The notes: generated by a model from the sequence alone, not told the origin. A DNA stretch of 63,282 nucleotides from Chthoniobacteraceae bacterium (GCA_037190965.1 JBBCKI010000066.1:1-63282), one strand, 5' to 3'. Shown: positions 19,397-29,219, counted from the first letter of the stretch. Numbers and translations are program-made.

Positions 19397-20329
19397 ATGC
19401 CTTTGACCGCACAACAACTGGCGCTTCGCATGGCGTTGCATCTCGAGGTGACGTCACTCGACCCGGCGGATCCCTCCAATACCCCTCCCCTGCAACACCG
19501 GGGATTGAAGACTGGCGATGTCGATCAACTGGTGGCCTGCATCAACGCGGCGCTTCAGGATCTCTGGGACAGCGCGCCGACCGCCGTGCGATTTGCAAGG
19601 GTCGGGATCGCATTGCGGGCTCCCGTGACCGTAACGCTGACTCTTACCCATGAGAGCAACTCCATCGCCGCGTTTCCTCAATACGCTCCGTGGATGGATG
19701 GCTGCACAATCCGATTGGAAGGCGCGGCCCATGACAACGAACTGGTGGATGGCACCTCTCTCCTGCGCCCTTACCTTGGCCCGACCGGGACGGTTAGCGC
19801 AACGGTCTATGGGGACTGCGCCAGCCCCGGCCCGGAGGTGATCGCGGTGCTCGACCCGATCGGCACCTGCGGCTCCTCTTTGCCTCCGGCGCTACTGCGC
19901 AGGGTTTCGTCCCGTGCGGAATTCGAAACGGCGTTGGACTTTGCCACGCGAAGCACGGGGGCACCGGAGGTCTGTTTTGTGGAAACGCGCTACTTCCCTT
20001 CGCAGTCCCGGCTCGGGATTCGGCTGCGGGTACAACCGATGCCGCTGGAGGCGACATTGCTCACCTATGGGGCGCGGCTCAACGCCCCGGCCATTATCGC
20101 TGCCGATCTCGGCGGGGCCTCCGACCCGGGGACGACTTTCCCGATTCCCGGTGGATGGGAAGAATCGGTCCTGCTGCCGCTGGCGCTTCAACGGCTCAGT
20201 ATTCACCCCGATTTCACGCCGCAGAGCGCGAAAACGGAGATCGCCCGGCAGGCGGTTGTCGCAAGAAAAATCATGATGGGCGCGGTCCCGCAACGCTCCG
20301 AGGCAAGGCTGTATCCGACGTTCCGGTAG
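19397..20329 (+). CDS. Putative phage head-completion / head-tail adaptor protein
   Basis: MPLTAQQLA...L...DQLVACINAALQDLW N-terminal helices, a beta-rich middle, and a FPIPGGWEESVLLPLA C-terminal motif as in adaptor proteins. Located after the capsid gene. Confidence 0.55.
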   Translation: MPLTAQQLALRMALHLEVTSLDPADPSNTPPLQHRGLKTGDVDQLVACINAALQDLWDSAPTAVRFARVGIALRAPVTVTLTLTHESNSIAAFPQYAPWMDGCTIRLEGAAHDNELVDGTSLLRPYLGPTGTVSATVYGDCASPGPEVIAVLDPIGTCGSSLPPALLRRVSSRAEFETALDFATRSTGAPEVCFVETRYFPSQSRLGIRLRVQPMPLEATLLTYGARLNAPAIIAADLGGASDPGTTFPIPGGWEESVLLPLALQRLSIHPDFTPQSAKTEIARQAVVARKIMMGAVPQRSEARLYPTFR

Positions 20330-20331
20330 CG

Positions 20332-22098
20332 CTAATTCATCAACTCGGGATAATGATCCCGCGCGATGGCTTCGCACTTTTCCATGATGGCGGCTGCGGA
20401 ATCCATGTTCTTCACCTCATCCACCAACTGGAGGCAGACGCCAACGTCCAGACTTTGCACGGCCCGTTTGACACGGGGGACGAGGGCGGCCCCGGTGCTG
20501 AGTTCATCGACTCCAAGACCAACCAGTAGCGGCGTCAACGCGATCTCCCCGGCCATCTCGCCGCAAACCCCCACCCAAAGGTTGTGGGCGTGGGCGGCGT
20601 TGACGATGATCTTGAGGAGCCGAATGATCGACGGGTGCGTCGGCTCGTAGAGATGGGCGATCCGTTCGTTGATCCGGTCCACGGCGATGGTGTACTGGAT
20701 CAGATCGTTGGTGCCGATGCTGAAGAAATCACACTCCTTGGCAAGCAGGTCGGCGACGAGGGCGGCGCTCGGCACTTCGATCATCGCGCCGACTTCCATT
20801 GCTTCGTTGAACGGCTTCCCTTCGGCCCGCAGTTCCTCGCGGCATTCTTCGAGAACCGCATTCGCCCGCCGGAGTTCGTCCACGCCCGAGATCATCGGGT
20901 ACATCATCCGGATGTTGCCGCTGGCGCTGGCGCGGAGGATCGCGCGAAGCTGCGTTTTGAAAACATCGACGCGCTCCAGGCAGAAGCGGATCGCCCGCCA
21001 GCCCAGGAACGGGTTGAGTTCCTCCGGCAACTGGAGGGCACTCATGAACTTGTCGCCTCCCAGGTCGAGCGTACGGATGATGACTGAGTGCGGCATCACC
21101 TCGTGGGCGACCTTGCAGTAGTTGACGTACTGCTCCTCCTCGTTGGGGAGTTCGTCCTTGTTGAGATAGAAAAACTCGGTGCGGTAGAGGCCGATCCCTT
21201 CCGCGCCGCTCTTTTTAACCAACTCCACGTCATCCGGCAGTTCGATGTTCGCGGAGAGGGAGATATGCCGCCCGTCAAGTGTGGTGGAGGGGGTTTCCCT
21301 CAACTCCGTCAGCTTCTCTTCGACGGCGGTTTTCTTGACCTCCAGTTCCCCGTATTCCCAGAGCGTCTGGTCGTTCGGGTTGACGATGAGGAAGCCGTTG
21401 TACCCGTCGAGCAAGAGTTGATCGCCCGTCTGAAGCGCCTCGCTGACGTTGTGAAGGGCGACCACCGCCGGGATATTGAGCGACCGCGCCATGATGGCGG
21501 TGTGCGAAGTCCGGCTGCCGACATCGGTGGCAAACCCGAGTACCAGTTGCCGGTTGAGTTGCGCGGTGTCCGATGGGGTCAGGTTGTGCGCGACGAGAAT
21601 GTGAGGGGTCTCAACGTCCGTAAGACTGCGCCCGGTCTTCCCCATCAAATTATGCACCACGCGCCGAGTGACATCGTTGATATCGAGCGCCCGCTCGCGC
21701 AGGTAAGGGTCATCGATCTCGCTCAGCGTCTTGGAGTAACGGTTGGCAACCGTCTGGAATACCTGCTCGATGTTCCATTTGTCCCGCTTGAGCGTGCGGA
21801 GCACCTCGTCGATGAGGGTACGATCCTCAACGACGAGGAGATGGGCATCGAAGATGCCGGCATCCTTTGCGCCGATGGCCTCGGCGATGCGCTGCTGCAT
21901 TTCGAGAATCTGCGCGCGCGTCTGGATCAACGCCGCCTCAAACCGGGCAATCTCCGCCGGGATCTCGCTCTCGTCGATGCGGCGGCTGGGCGGCTCGTCG
22001 TCGTCGGGGCGCAGGACGAACGCCGTCCCCCGGGCAATACCCGGTGAAACGCCGACCCCGTGAAAGCGCTTTTCGACTCGCTGCTGAGATTCGCTCAT
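20332..22098 (-). CDS. ptsI: PTS enzyme I (PEP-protein phosphotransferase)
   Basis: GSRTSHTAIMARS (phospho-His), GIGLYRTEF, NPFLGWRAIR and SIGTNDLIQY motifs. Confidence 0.97.
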   Translation of the reverse strand: MSESQQRVEKRFHGVGVSPGIARGTAFVLRPDDDEPPSRRIDESEIPAEIARFEAALIQTRAQILEMQQRIAEAIGAKDAGIFDAHLLVVEDRTLIDEVLRTLKRDKWNIEQVFQTVANRYSKTLSEIDDPYLRERALDINDVTRRVVHNLMGKTGRSLTDVETPHILVAHNLTPSDTAQLNRQLVLGFATDVGSRTSHTAIMARSLNIPAVVALHNVSEALQTGDQLLLDGYNGFLIVNPNDQTLWEYGELEVKKTAVEEKLTELRETPSTTLDGRHISLSANIELPDDVELVKKSGAEGIGLYRTEFFYLNKDELPNEEEQYVNYCKVAHEVMPHSVIIRTLDLGGDKFMSALQLPEELNPFLGWRAIRFCLERVDVFKTQLRAILRASASGNIRMMYPMISGVDELRRANAVLEECREELRAEGKPFNEAMEVGAMIEVPSAALVADLLAKECDFFSIGTNDLIQYTIAVDRINERIAHLYEPTHPSIIRLLKIIVNAAHAHNLWVGVCGEMAGEIALTPLLVGLGVDELSTGAALVPRVKRAVQSLDVGVCLQLVDEVKNMDSAAAIMEKCEAIARDHYPELMN

Positions 22099-22229
22099 TT
22101 GCCGCAGAAAAAAACTTGGATGAAGCCCCTGTGCAACCCTCGGAGGTTTTTGGGCAGAGAGCCAGCGAAATCAATCGGCCACCCTCAGCATCCTCGACCC
22201 GAAAGGTCGTTCCGGAGCTTCAAAGAGGC

Positions 22230-22538
22230 TCAGTCTTCGTCAAACCGACGCGCAACCAGGCCCTCGACTTCCTTCAACGCCTTTTCCGCATCCGGGCCTT
22301 CGCAGGTGATAAGCAGTTTCGAGCCCTGCCCGGCCGCAAGCATCATCAGGCCCATGATGCTTTTGCCGTTGACCTGCTCGCCGTCCTTTTCGACCCAGAT
22401 CTCCGATTTGAAACGGTTACAAACCTTGACGAACATCGCCGAGGGGCGCGCGTGCAAGCCGAGCCGGTTCTGGATCGTGACTTCTTTGCTAAATTTCTCT
22501 TCCTGGCTGCTGGGTGTTCTGCGGCTAAGTAGGCCCAT
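22230..22538 (-). CDS. ptsH: Phosphocarrier protein HPr
   Basis: GLHARPS and VNGKSIMGLMML motifs. Confidence 0.96.
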   Translation of the reverse strand: MGLLSRRTPSSQEEKFSKEVTIQNRLGLHARPSAMFVKVCNRFKSEIWVEKDGEQVNGKSIMGLMMLAAGQGSKLLITCEGPDAEKALKEVEGLVARRFDED

Positions 22539-23491
22539 TAGTTTGGTTTCTGCATTAAATTCAAAAGGCGTTGATTAAATTCCTGCGCGCAATTCTGTCC
22601 CATGCCCTTGAGCTTTTGATCCAGCGCGGCCACTTCGACCAATCGCGCCAGATCCCGGCCCATGCGCACGGGGATTGTGATATGCGGGATCAGGATTCCC
22701 AATATTTCATAAAATTCCTGTTCCAGCCCAATTCTATCCACCTCTTCCAACTCTTGCCAATCTTTTAGTGTAACGATGAGATCGAGCTGTTTTTCCCGTC
22801 TCACCGACCCCACCCCAAAGATCGACATCACGTTGATGATCCCCAACCCGCGCACCTCCATATGGTGACGCGTCAGATCGGGCGAGGTGCCGACAAGATC
22901 CCGCCCCTCCACCACGCGGAGCCGGGTGACATCGTCGCTCACCAGCGAGTAACCGCGCTCAATCAACCCGAGCACTGCCTCGCTCTTGCCGATGCCGCTG
23001 GACCCCCGCACCATCGTGCCAACGCCCATAATGTCAACCATGCTGCCGTGCTCCGTCCGCGTCGGCGCGAAATCGGCCTCCAGGGCGAGCGTCGCGGCGT
23101 TGATGAAATTCATCGTCACCATCGGCGTGCGAAATACGGAAACACCGGCGGCGGCGGCCTCCTCCAGAAGGACTTTGGAGGGCCGAGCCCCCCGGGAAAT
23201 CACCAGACAGGGAATCTTCCGCTCCAGAATCTCCTTCAACCGGTGGCGGATTTCACACTCCGGTAAGCTTTTCAGGTAGGCAAGCTCCGCGCTTCCCAGA
23301 ACCTGGATCCGTTTTTCCGCGAAATAGTCGAAAAAACCCGAGAGCGCCAGCCCTGGCCGATTGATCGTCGGCTCTTTGATCCGGCGATCGAACCCAGCGG
23401 CGGAGCCGGCCAGCGACAGCGCGAGCGTCTCGGCATGGCGGGTGTAGAATTCCCCTACGGTAACGTTGGGGTACTTCGTACGGGGATTCAT
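22538..23491 (-). CDS. hprK: HPr kinase/phosphorylase
   Basis: INRPGLAL, GSSGIGKSE, LVSDD and MEVRGLGII motifs. Confidence 0.97.
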   Translation of the reverse strand: MNPRTKYPNVTVGEFYTRHAETLALSLAGSAAGFDRRIKEPTINRPGLALSGFFDYFAEKRIQVLGSAELAYLKSLPECEIRHRLKEILERKIPCLVISRGARPSKVLLEEAAAAGVSVFRTPMVTMNFINAATLALEADFAPTRTEHGSMVDIMGVGTMVRGSSGIGKSEAVLGLIERGYSLVSDDVTRLRVVEGRDLVGTSPDLTRHHMEVRGLGIINVMSIFGVGSVRREKQLDLIVTLKDWQELEEVDRIGLEQEFYEILGILIPHITIPVRMGRDLARLVEVAALDQKLKGMGQNCAQEFNQRLLNLMQKPN

Positions 23492-23543
23492 GCAATCGAC
23501 AAGACGCTCGGGCGGCCGGAAATAATGGCGTGGGTGACTCCGG

Positions 23544-24119
23544 CTAGGAGAAGATCGGCTCGATCAGGCCGAACCCTTCGTCCTTGCGGCGGTAAAGCAC
23601 GTTTACCTTGTCGGTCTTCGGGTTGTGGAAGACGACGAACTGCCGGTTGGACATTTCGAGCTGAAGCACCGCCTCGTCGATGTACATCGGCTTGACCGGG
23701 TACTTCTCCGTCTGAATGACGTTCGGCTCGCTTTCAGCATGCTCCTCAAAGCCTTCGAGGCTCAACACCTGCTCCTCGACATGGCGCACCTCGCCCTTGC
23801 GGGGCCTGTGCTGGCGCATGATCTTCGTCTTGTACTTGCGCATTTGCTGCGCAATTTTGTCCATCACCTGGTCGATGGAGGCGTACATGTCGGTCGTCTC
23901 GGCGTCCGCCTCGATGGTGATGTGGTTCGCGCAGAAAAGGATGACCTCGGCGATATGCCGGTATTTTTGGACGTCCAGGATGATTTGCGCCTCGATGATG
24001 CGCGGGTAGTCGAGGTGCAGCCCCTCCACCTTCTTGATGGCGTAATCTTTCATCGGCTCGGAGACGTTCACGTGGCGGCCGGTGACTTGGATGGGCAGGT
24101 TTACGTTGGCAATTTGCAT
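23544..24119 (-). CDS. hpf: Ribosome hibernation promoting factor, long form
   Basis: QVTGRHV, DMYASID...QMRKYK and C-terminal KPM.IDEAVLQL...VNVLYRRKD. Confidence 0.95.
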   Translation of the reverse strand: MQIANVNLPIQVTGRHVNVSEPMKDYAIKKVEGLHLDYPRIIEAQIILDVQKYRHIAEVILFCANHITIEADAETTDMYASIDQVMDKIAQQMRKYKTKIMRQHRPRKGEVRHVEEQVLSLEGFEEHAESEPNVIQTEKYPVKPMYIDEAVLQLEMSNRQFVVFHNPKTDKVNVLYRRKDEGFGLIEPIFS

Positions 24120-24166
24120 GCTTTTTTATCCTCCTGTGTTGTTGGGTTGAAAATAGAGGTACTCCT

Positions 24167-24943
24167 TTACATCTGAAAGCGCTCGCCCAGATACAGCTGC
24201 CGGCTGATCGGGTCGTTGATCAGAAAATCTTTGGTCCCTTCGCTCTCCACGCGCCCCTCGTAGATAAGATACGCCCTGTCGACGATTGATAAAGTCTCGC
24301 GCACGTTATGGTCGGTAATCAAAATAGCCAGACCCGACTTCCGCAGGTTCTCGATGATCTGCTGCACGTCATAGACGGCAATGGGATCGACGCCGCTGAA
24401 CGGCTCGTCGAGCATCAGCAGGCTCGGGTTGCTGACCAGGGAGCGCGCAATCGTCAAACGGCGTTTTTCGCCGCCGCTCAACGTCAGCGCCTCCTGTTTG
24501 GCGACATGCTCAATGCCGAACTGTGTCAGCAGTTCCTCGCAACGGTGCTTGCGCGCCTGCTTGCCGAGGTCGGTGGTCTCCAGAATCGCCATGATATTCT
24601 GCTCCACCGTCAGCTTGCGGAAAATGGACTCTTCCTGAGGGAGATACCCCATCCCGAGCCGCGCGCGGCGGTACATCGGGAAATCGGTCATGTCCTGCCC
24701 TTTGAAGAAAACCTTCCCACCGTTGGGCCGCACCAGCCCCACCACCATGTAGAAGGTCGTCGTCTTGCCCGCGCCGTTCGGGCCGAGAACGCCCACGACC
24801 TCGCCCGACCGAATGTTGATGTCGACGCCGTTGACTACCGAGCGGCCCCCGTAAATCTTGACCAGTTTCTCGGTCCAGAGAATCGGCTTTTCCCCGATTT
24901 CGGCCTTCACGGGCAGGGAACTGTTTTCAGTCAAAGTGCTCAC
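24167..24943 (-). CDS. lptB: LPS export ABC transporter ATP-binding protein
   Basis: GPNGAGKTTTFYM, YLPQE.SIFRKL, LSGGEKRR, DEPFSGVDP and ITDHNVRETL motifs. Confidence 0.96.
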   Translation of the reverse strand: MSTLTENSSLPVKAEIGEKPILWTEKLVKIYGGRSVVNGVDINIRSGEVVGVLGPNGAGKTTTFYMVVGLVRPNGGKVFFKGQDMTDFPMYRRARLGMGYLPQEESIFRKLTVEQNIMAILETTDLGKQARKHRCEELLTQFGIEHVAKQEALTLSGGEKRRLTIARSLVSNPSLLMLDEPFSGVDPIAVYDVQQIIENLRKSGLAILITDHNVRETLSIVDRAYLIYEGRVESEGTKDFLINDPISRQLYLGERFQM

Positions 24944-24954
24944 AAGCTCTAGTG

Positions 24955-25683
24955 CTAGTTTGGACGCGAACTTTCCGATTTGCCCACTTTCATGAGATCC
25001 TTGTCGGAGGAATCCTTGATCTCCGTTTTGCTGGGGCCAATCGTTTTCAAACGGCCGCTCTTATTGAGAATCATTACCGTCCCCTCCGCGGTGGCGACCT
25101 GATTGTTGATCCCCTGCTGAATCTGCGGCCATCCCTTCAGGGTCACATCGCCCGTGGCGGCATTGTACTCGGCCTTGGCGGCCTTGCCGACGTAACGGGT
25201 CACTTCGCCATTGGCTGCCGCTTTTTCCTGGGTAATCACGACATTCCCCTCCGCCAGAACACGATCAAGACCTCCACCCACCTCAGGTCCGCCCTTTTTC
25301 TCAGCCGTCGCGTCGGCTTTTGCATCGCCTTTGGCGTCAGCCTTGGCATCAGCGCCCGGCTTCTTGAGATAGGCGGTGAGCTTGTCGCACGTCAGGTTGA
25401 ACTGGGTATCGACTACTGTCACATCGCCCGAAAAGACCGCAACGCGCGCCTTTTCATCGAAAGTTGTTTCCCTACTGGCCGTGATTTCGGTCGGCTTCTT
25501 TACTCCAGGCTCAGCTTCGCCCTTCTTTTTGGTGTCGGAGCCACCCGAGTCATGGGAAAGCGATGCCGGTGTGTCGAGTTCGAGCCCCGTCGTTTGAGAC
25601 ACCCGAAACTCGTTGTTGGCAAAGCCGCTCGCGGGCAGCAGTACCCCCAACAGCGCCGTCATCATGAAATTCGATTTACTCAC
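24955..25683 (-). CDS. lptA: LptA/OstA-family LPS transport periplasmic protein
   Basis: Signal peptide, then AVFSGDV.V.D..F.LTCDKL and AEGNVVI; upstream of lptB. The GTG start overlaps the lptC stop. Confidence 0.82.
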   Translation of the reverse strand: MSKSNFMMTALLGVLLPASGFANNEFRVSQTTGLELDTPASLSHDSGGSDTKKKGEAEPGVKKPTEITASRETTFDEKARVAVFSGDVTVVDTQFNLTCDKLTAYLKKPGADAKADAKGDAKADATAEKKGGPEVGGGLDRVLAEGNVVITQEKAAANGEVTRYVGKAAKAEYNAATGDVTLKGWPQIQQGINNQVATAEGTVMILNKSGRLKTIGPSKTEIKDSSDKDLMKVGKSESSRPN

Positions 25684-26230
25684 CCGCTTCTCCTTTCTCA
25701 GCAGAATCAAGACCATCACGATTAAAAATTAACATGCGAACCGGCCCGGAGAACTTCCCCTGGCGCGTTTTGGTGTTGAAGGTCATGTTGCCTCCCCTCA
25801 CCTCGAAGTCGGAACGATGAATGGTCACTGGATTAACGCTGGTTAAAATGCGGGTTTGGAGATCCATCGAAGATTCCGGCATTTCAATCACCATGTCCAG
25901 TTTTCCAGCGTCGTCAAAAGTTTCGATCTTGAGATTCTCCAGTTTCAGATGAGTCTCATCCACGCGAAACGCGGAGCCGATCTCAAAAGACATCCGGAGG
26001 TTACCCTTGTCGTCGCGGTCGGGCAATTTGATCCCCGAAGCCCCATGGCCGATGGGAATCGGCAGATCGAAGGTCATCGCCTCCGGGTTCTCCTTCTTTT
26101 TCTTCTTTTTCTCCTTGGACTTAGCCCAGGCATCGGCAGGAAACGAGCCCAGAAGCAGGGCCGCCACCAGCGCCCATACCGCCGGGCGAATCATCCGGGG
26201 CAAAAGCAGGGCGTTATCGGACCAGTTCAT
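25676..26230 (-). CDS. lptC: LptC-like LPS export protein
   Basis: N-terminal hydrophobic segment and beta-jellyroll-like PVTI...F.V.G..M.FN...G.F.GPV. Lies between kdsA and lptA; start may be 26194. Confidence 0.7.
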   Translation of the reverse strand: MNWSDNALLLPRMIRPAVWALVAALLLGSFPADAWAKSKEKKKKKKENPEAMTFDLPIPIGHGASGIKLPDRDDKGNLRMSFEIGSAFRVDETHLKLENLKIETFDDAGKLDMVIEMPESSMDLQTRILTSVNPVTIHRSDFEVRGGNMTFNTKTRQGKFSGPVRMLIFNRDGLDSAEKGEAGE

Positions 26231-27032
26231 GGATCGCCGTCAGTTTTTTGAGAAGCGCGGGCAACTTTGCCAACGGAATTTGGTTGGGCCCATCGGAGAA
26301 AGCCTTCTCCGGGTTCTCATGAGTCTCGATGAAGACCCCGTCACACCCGGCAGCCACTGCGGCCCGTGCCAGTACCGGGGCGAGGATTCCGTCACCGGAA
26401 GTCTTATCCCCCGCGCCGCCGGGGCGCTGGACTGAATGGGTCGCGTCGAACATCACAAGATAACCGGCCTCTCTCATCCAATACAGCGAACGCATGTCTG
26501 CCACAAGGTTATTATACCCAAAGCTGACACCCCTCTCCGTGAAAAAGAATTTTTTGCAGCCAAAGCGCTCCATCTTTTTCGCGATGTTTTTGACATCCCA
26601 GGGGGCGAGAAACTGGCCCTTCTTGACATTGACCACGCGACCCGTCTCCGAAGCCGCCCGGATCAGATCCGTCTGGCGACAGAGAAACGCGGGAATCTGG
26701 AGCACGTCGATGAACTCCGCCGCGATCGCCGCCTCCTCGGGAGAATGGATATCCGTCGTCACCGGCACCCCCAGATCCGCCCCGACGGAGGCGAGAATCT
26801 CGCACCCGTCGCGCGGCGAAAGCCCGCGGAATGAATCCACGGAAGTCCGGTTCGCCTTGTCATAAGAAGCCTTGAAGATGAACGGCACGCCGAGGTCGCC
26901 GCAGATCTGCCCCAACTTCTTACCCATCCTGCGCACGAACCGTTCGGATTCGATCACGCATGGGCCGAGGATAAATACCGGCTTGCGCCCGCCCAGAGTG
27001 AGCGAGCCGATTTTCAGAGATTTTATGGCCAT
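26214..27032 (-). CDS. kdsA: KDO 8-phosphate synthase
   Basis: GPCVIES, KASYDKANRTS, QIPAFLCRQTDL, KKGQF and DATHSVQ motifs. Confidence 0.97.
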   Translation of the reverse strand: MAIKSLKIGSLTLGGRKPVFILGPCVIESERFVRRMGKKLGQICGDLGVPFIFKASYDKANRTSVDSFRGLSPRDGCEILASVGADLGVPVTTDIHSPEEAAIAAEFIDVLQIPAFLCRQTDLIRAASETGRVVNVKKGQFLAPWDVKNIAKKMERFGCKKFFFTERGVSFGYNNLVADMRSLYWMREAGYLVMFDATHSVQRPGGAGDKTSGDGILAPVLARAAVAAGCDGVFIETHENPEKAFSDGPNQIPLAKLPALLKKLTAIHELVR

Positions 27033-27034
27033 CG

Positions 27035-27328
27035 TCAGGTGGTTTTCTGCCCCGATGCTTTGGCAAAGTCCGCCTGAAGCCCCTCAAGGCTGCTGGTGAG
27101 TACCGCCGCTTCGTCCGAGTTGAGATTGCCGCGCGTCTTGGCCTCGATGGCCACGAGTTGCTCGATCAACATCCTGGCGAGGTCAAGGTTCACCTGCGGT
27201 TTCCCGGTCTGCGGATGCGGCGTCCTCCCCAGGAACAACCCGGCGTTGTGCGTGTGCATCCGGACGAACTCGATGAACCGAAGGGTCATCTCGCCCGAGG
27301 AAACGGTGTTTCTTTGAACTTCTGCCAT
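27035..27328 (-). CDS. DUF1844-family protein
   Basis: F.EFV......A.LFLG..PHPQTG...VNL.LAR..I.QL....KTRGNL..DE pattern. Confidence 0.85.
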   Translation of the reverse strand: MAEVQRNTVSSGEMTLRFIEFVRMHTHNAGLFLGRTPHPQTGKPQVNLDLARMLIEQLVAIEAKTRGNLNSDEAAVLTSSLEGLQADFAKASGQKTT

Positions 27329-27411
27329 GGGTTTTTCAGCCGATTTAAGGTCGCTTAAAGGGTCGCTTCAAGTTGCGGTTTTCATCAGGCTAGTGGAGGG
27401 ATGCCCCCCCA

Positions 27412-28035
27412 TCAAGTGGCAAGTTCTCTTTGAAAATCCACCCCGAGCCCCGCCAATTCCTTCAAAAATGCCTCGTGCCGCCGGAAATCGTACTGAATCG
27501 CACGGAACCCCACCTCCCGGGCGGAGGCAATATTGGCCGGTAGATCGTCAATGAAGACCGTCTCCTCCGGCTTCACCCCGAACTGACGCGCGGCCAACTC
27601 GTAGATGGCCCGATCCGGCTTGGAACACCGGACCTTGTAGGAGTAAACCGCGTCATCAAAACGCCCGAAAAACGGGTAACGCCGCAGGATGTGATCGACG
27701 TGAATGTCGCTCGTATTGGAGAGAAGATAGAGCGGGTATCGCCCATGGAGGGAGTCCACCACGCTCGTCATCGGGAAGTTTTCCTCAAAAATCTCCTCCC
27801 ACGCGGCAACAAAATCCGCCTCCGTCCCCCGGAACTGTAGCAGCGAGAAAACCTCCTTCAGAAACGTGGCGCGGTCGATCTGGCCTGCCTCATAGACGTT
27901 CTTGATTTCGTCCACCCTCTCCGGAAACCCGGCGGGGTAAGGCGTCCCACTGAGAGGAACGAGCCGCTTGGCAGCCAGACTGAAGTCAAAGCGAAGCAGG
28001 ACATTACCGATATCGAAAACAAAAGCGCGGATCAT
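27412..28035 (-). CDS. HAD-family phosphatase
   Basis: FDIGNVL, LLSNT, KPD..IY and FIDD motifs. Confidence 0.93.
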   Translation of the reverse strand: MIRAFVFDIGNVLLRFDFSLAAKRLVPLSGTPYPAGFPERVDEIKNVYEAGQIDRATFLKEVFSLLQFRGTEADFVAAWEEIFEENFPMTSVVDSLHGRYPLYLLSNTSDIHVDHILRRYPFFGRFDDAVYSYKVRCSKPDRAIYELAARQFGVKPEETVFIDDLPANIASAREVGFRAIQYDFRRHEAFLKELAGLGVDFQRELAT

Positions 28036-29150
28036 GAGGAACAGTGGCGGATGATAAATCGGGCAATCGCCCGCGCCGCGTCGGGGCGGCTGAGGCGTTC
28101 ACCATTAGCCCGCCACTTTAACCAGAGAACCCCGCCTCCTGCAAAGGAGCTTTCCACGGCGGCAATAATTTCCTCCGGCGTCCTGGCCAGAATGCCGCAT
28201 CCGTTCTCCAGAAGCAGCCGCGCATTCCCCTCCTCCTGTCCGGGGACCACCTTTGTCATCACCATCGGCGTTCCCGCCGCCAGCGATTCCTGCACCGTTG
28301 CTCCGCCCGCCTTGCCAATGAGAAGATGCGCCCCGGCCATCAGTTCGGGCATCTTATCCGTCCAACCGAGCACCTCAACCCTCGTCCCGTTCGGATATTC
28401 CCCGCCCACGGCCGCCTGTATCTGAACCTGCCAATCCTTGTCGCGGCCCGCGGTGATCCGCAGATCGATGTCTCCAAGCGTTGTCAGCGCCCGCGCCGTC
28501 CGCATCGCTTCCTTCCTGCCGGATCCGGCCATGTAGAGCACCTGCCACCGCGCCCCATCCCGGGCGGGTTTCTTCTTCCCGCGTGCAAACTCCGCGTACC
28601 GGGGAGAAACCGGAAACCCCAGCACATGGATCTTCTCCGAGGAAACCCCGGCGTGCCGCAACTCAGCCGCCGTCTCCTCGTTGGGCACGATAAAGGCGTC
28701 GCTCCCGCAACGATACCAGACCGCGTTGATGGTGATGGAATCGGTGATGACGGTCATCAGCGAAAACGGGCGCGACCGGTCGCCGTAAACCTGGTCAATC
28801 AAACAGTTGTAAACCGGAAAGGTGCAGACCACCGCGTCGGGCTTTTCCTCCTCCAGCAAAGCCTCCATCGCATGCCGAAGCGGAGAGAACGAAGCCAGCA
28901 GATCATCGAAGGCTGCGCTCGAATCGATCATCCCGTAAATTTTTTCCCACACCAGAGGCGCACGATTGATGGTAGCCAGATAAGCCTTTTTCAACAATTC
29001 GTTGACGCGGCCATAGGTAATCTCCAGTAGATCGAGCACCTTGGCTTCCACCTCTCCGGAGCCGACGGAATCCAGCGCCATCCGAACGTTGCGTGCGGCG
29101 GTATTGTGCCCCTCGCCATAACCGGCGCTCAAGATGAGAACTTTTTTCAT
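28032..29150 (-). CDS. MGDG synthase / UgtP-like glycosyltransferase (GT28)
   Basis: ILSAGYGEGHNTAA, VITD, GFPV, KAGGATV.E and VPGQEEGNA motifs. Start moved to ATG 29150. Confidence 0.9.
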   Translation of the reverse strand: MKKVLILSAGYGEGHNTAARNVRMALDSVGSGEVEAKVLDLLEITYGRVNELLKKAYLATINRAPLVWEKIYGMIDSSAAFDDLLASFSPLRHAMEALLEEEKPDAVVCTFPVYNCLIDQVYGDRSRPFSLMTVITDSITINAVWYRCGSDAFIVPNEETAAELRHAGVSSEKIHVLGFPVSPRYAEFARGKKKPARDGARWQVLYMAGSGRKEAMRTARALTTLGDIDLRITAGRDKDWQVQIQAAVGGEYPNGTRVEVLGWTDKMPELMAGAHLLIGKAGGATVQESLAAGTPMVMTKVVPGQEEGNARLLLENGCGILARTPEEIIAAVESSFAGGGVLWLKWRANGERLSRPDAARAIARFIIRHCSS

Positions 29151-29219
29151 AGGCCCAAAACGCTTCCTTAGCCGCTCGCCGCTTGCGTGCCAAGCATCTC
29201 CTGCTACCATTCACCACCC

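Noticed and set aside
16107..20329. Complete prophage or classical encapsulin operon
   Set aside because: There are no integrase, packaging, tail or lysis genes. The capsid motifs resemble DUF4043 rather than encapsulin families, and no enzyme cargo is adjacent.
20332..27328. PTS genes without EII, and no rpoN between lptB and hpf
   Set aside because: Regulatory PTS clusters linked to lpt genes are common; this is a variation of a known arrangement.
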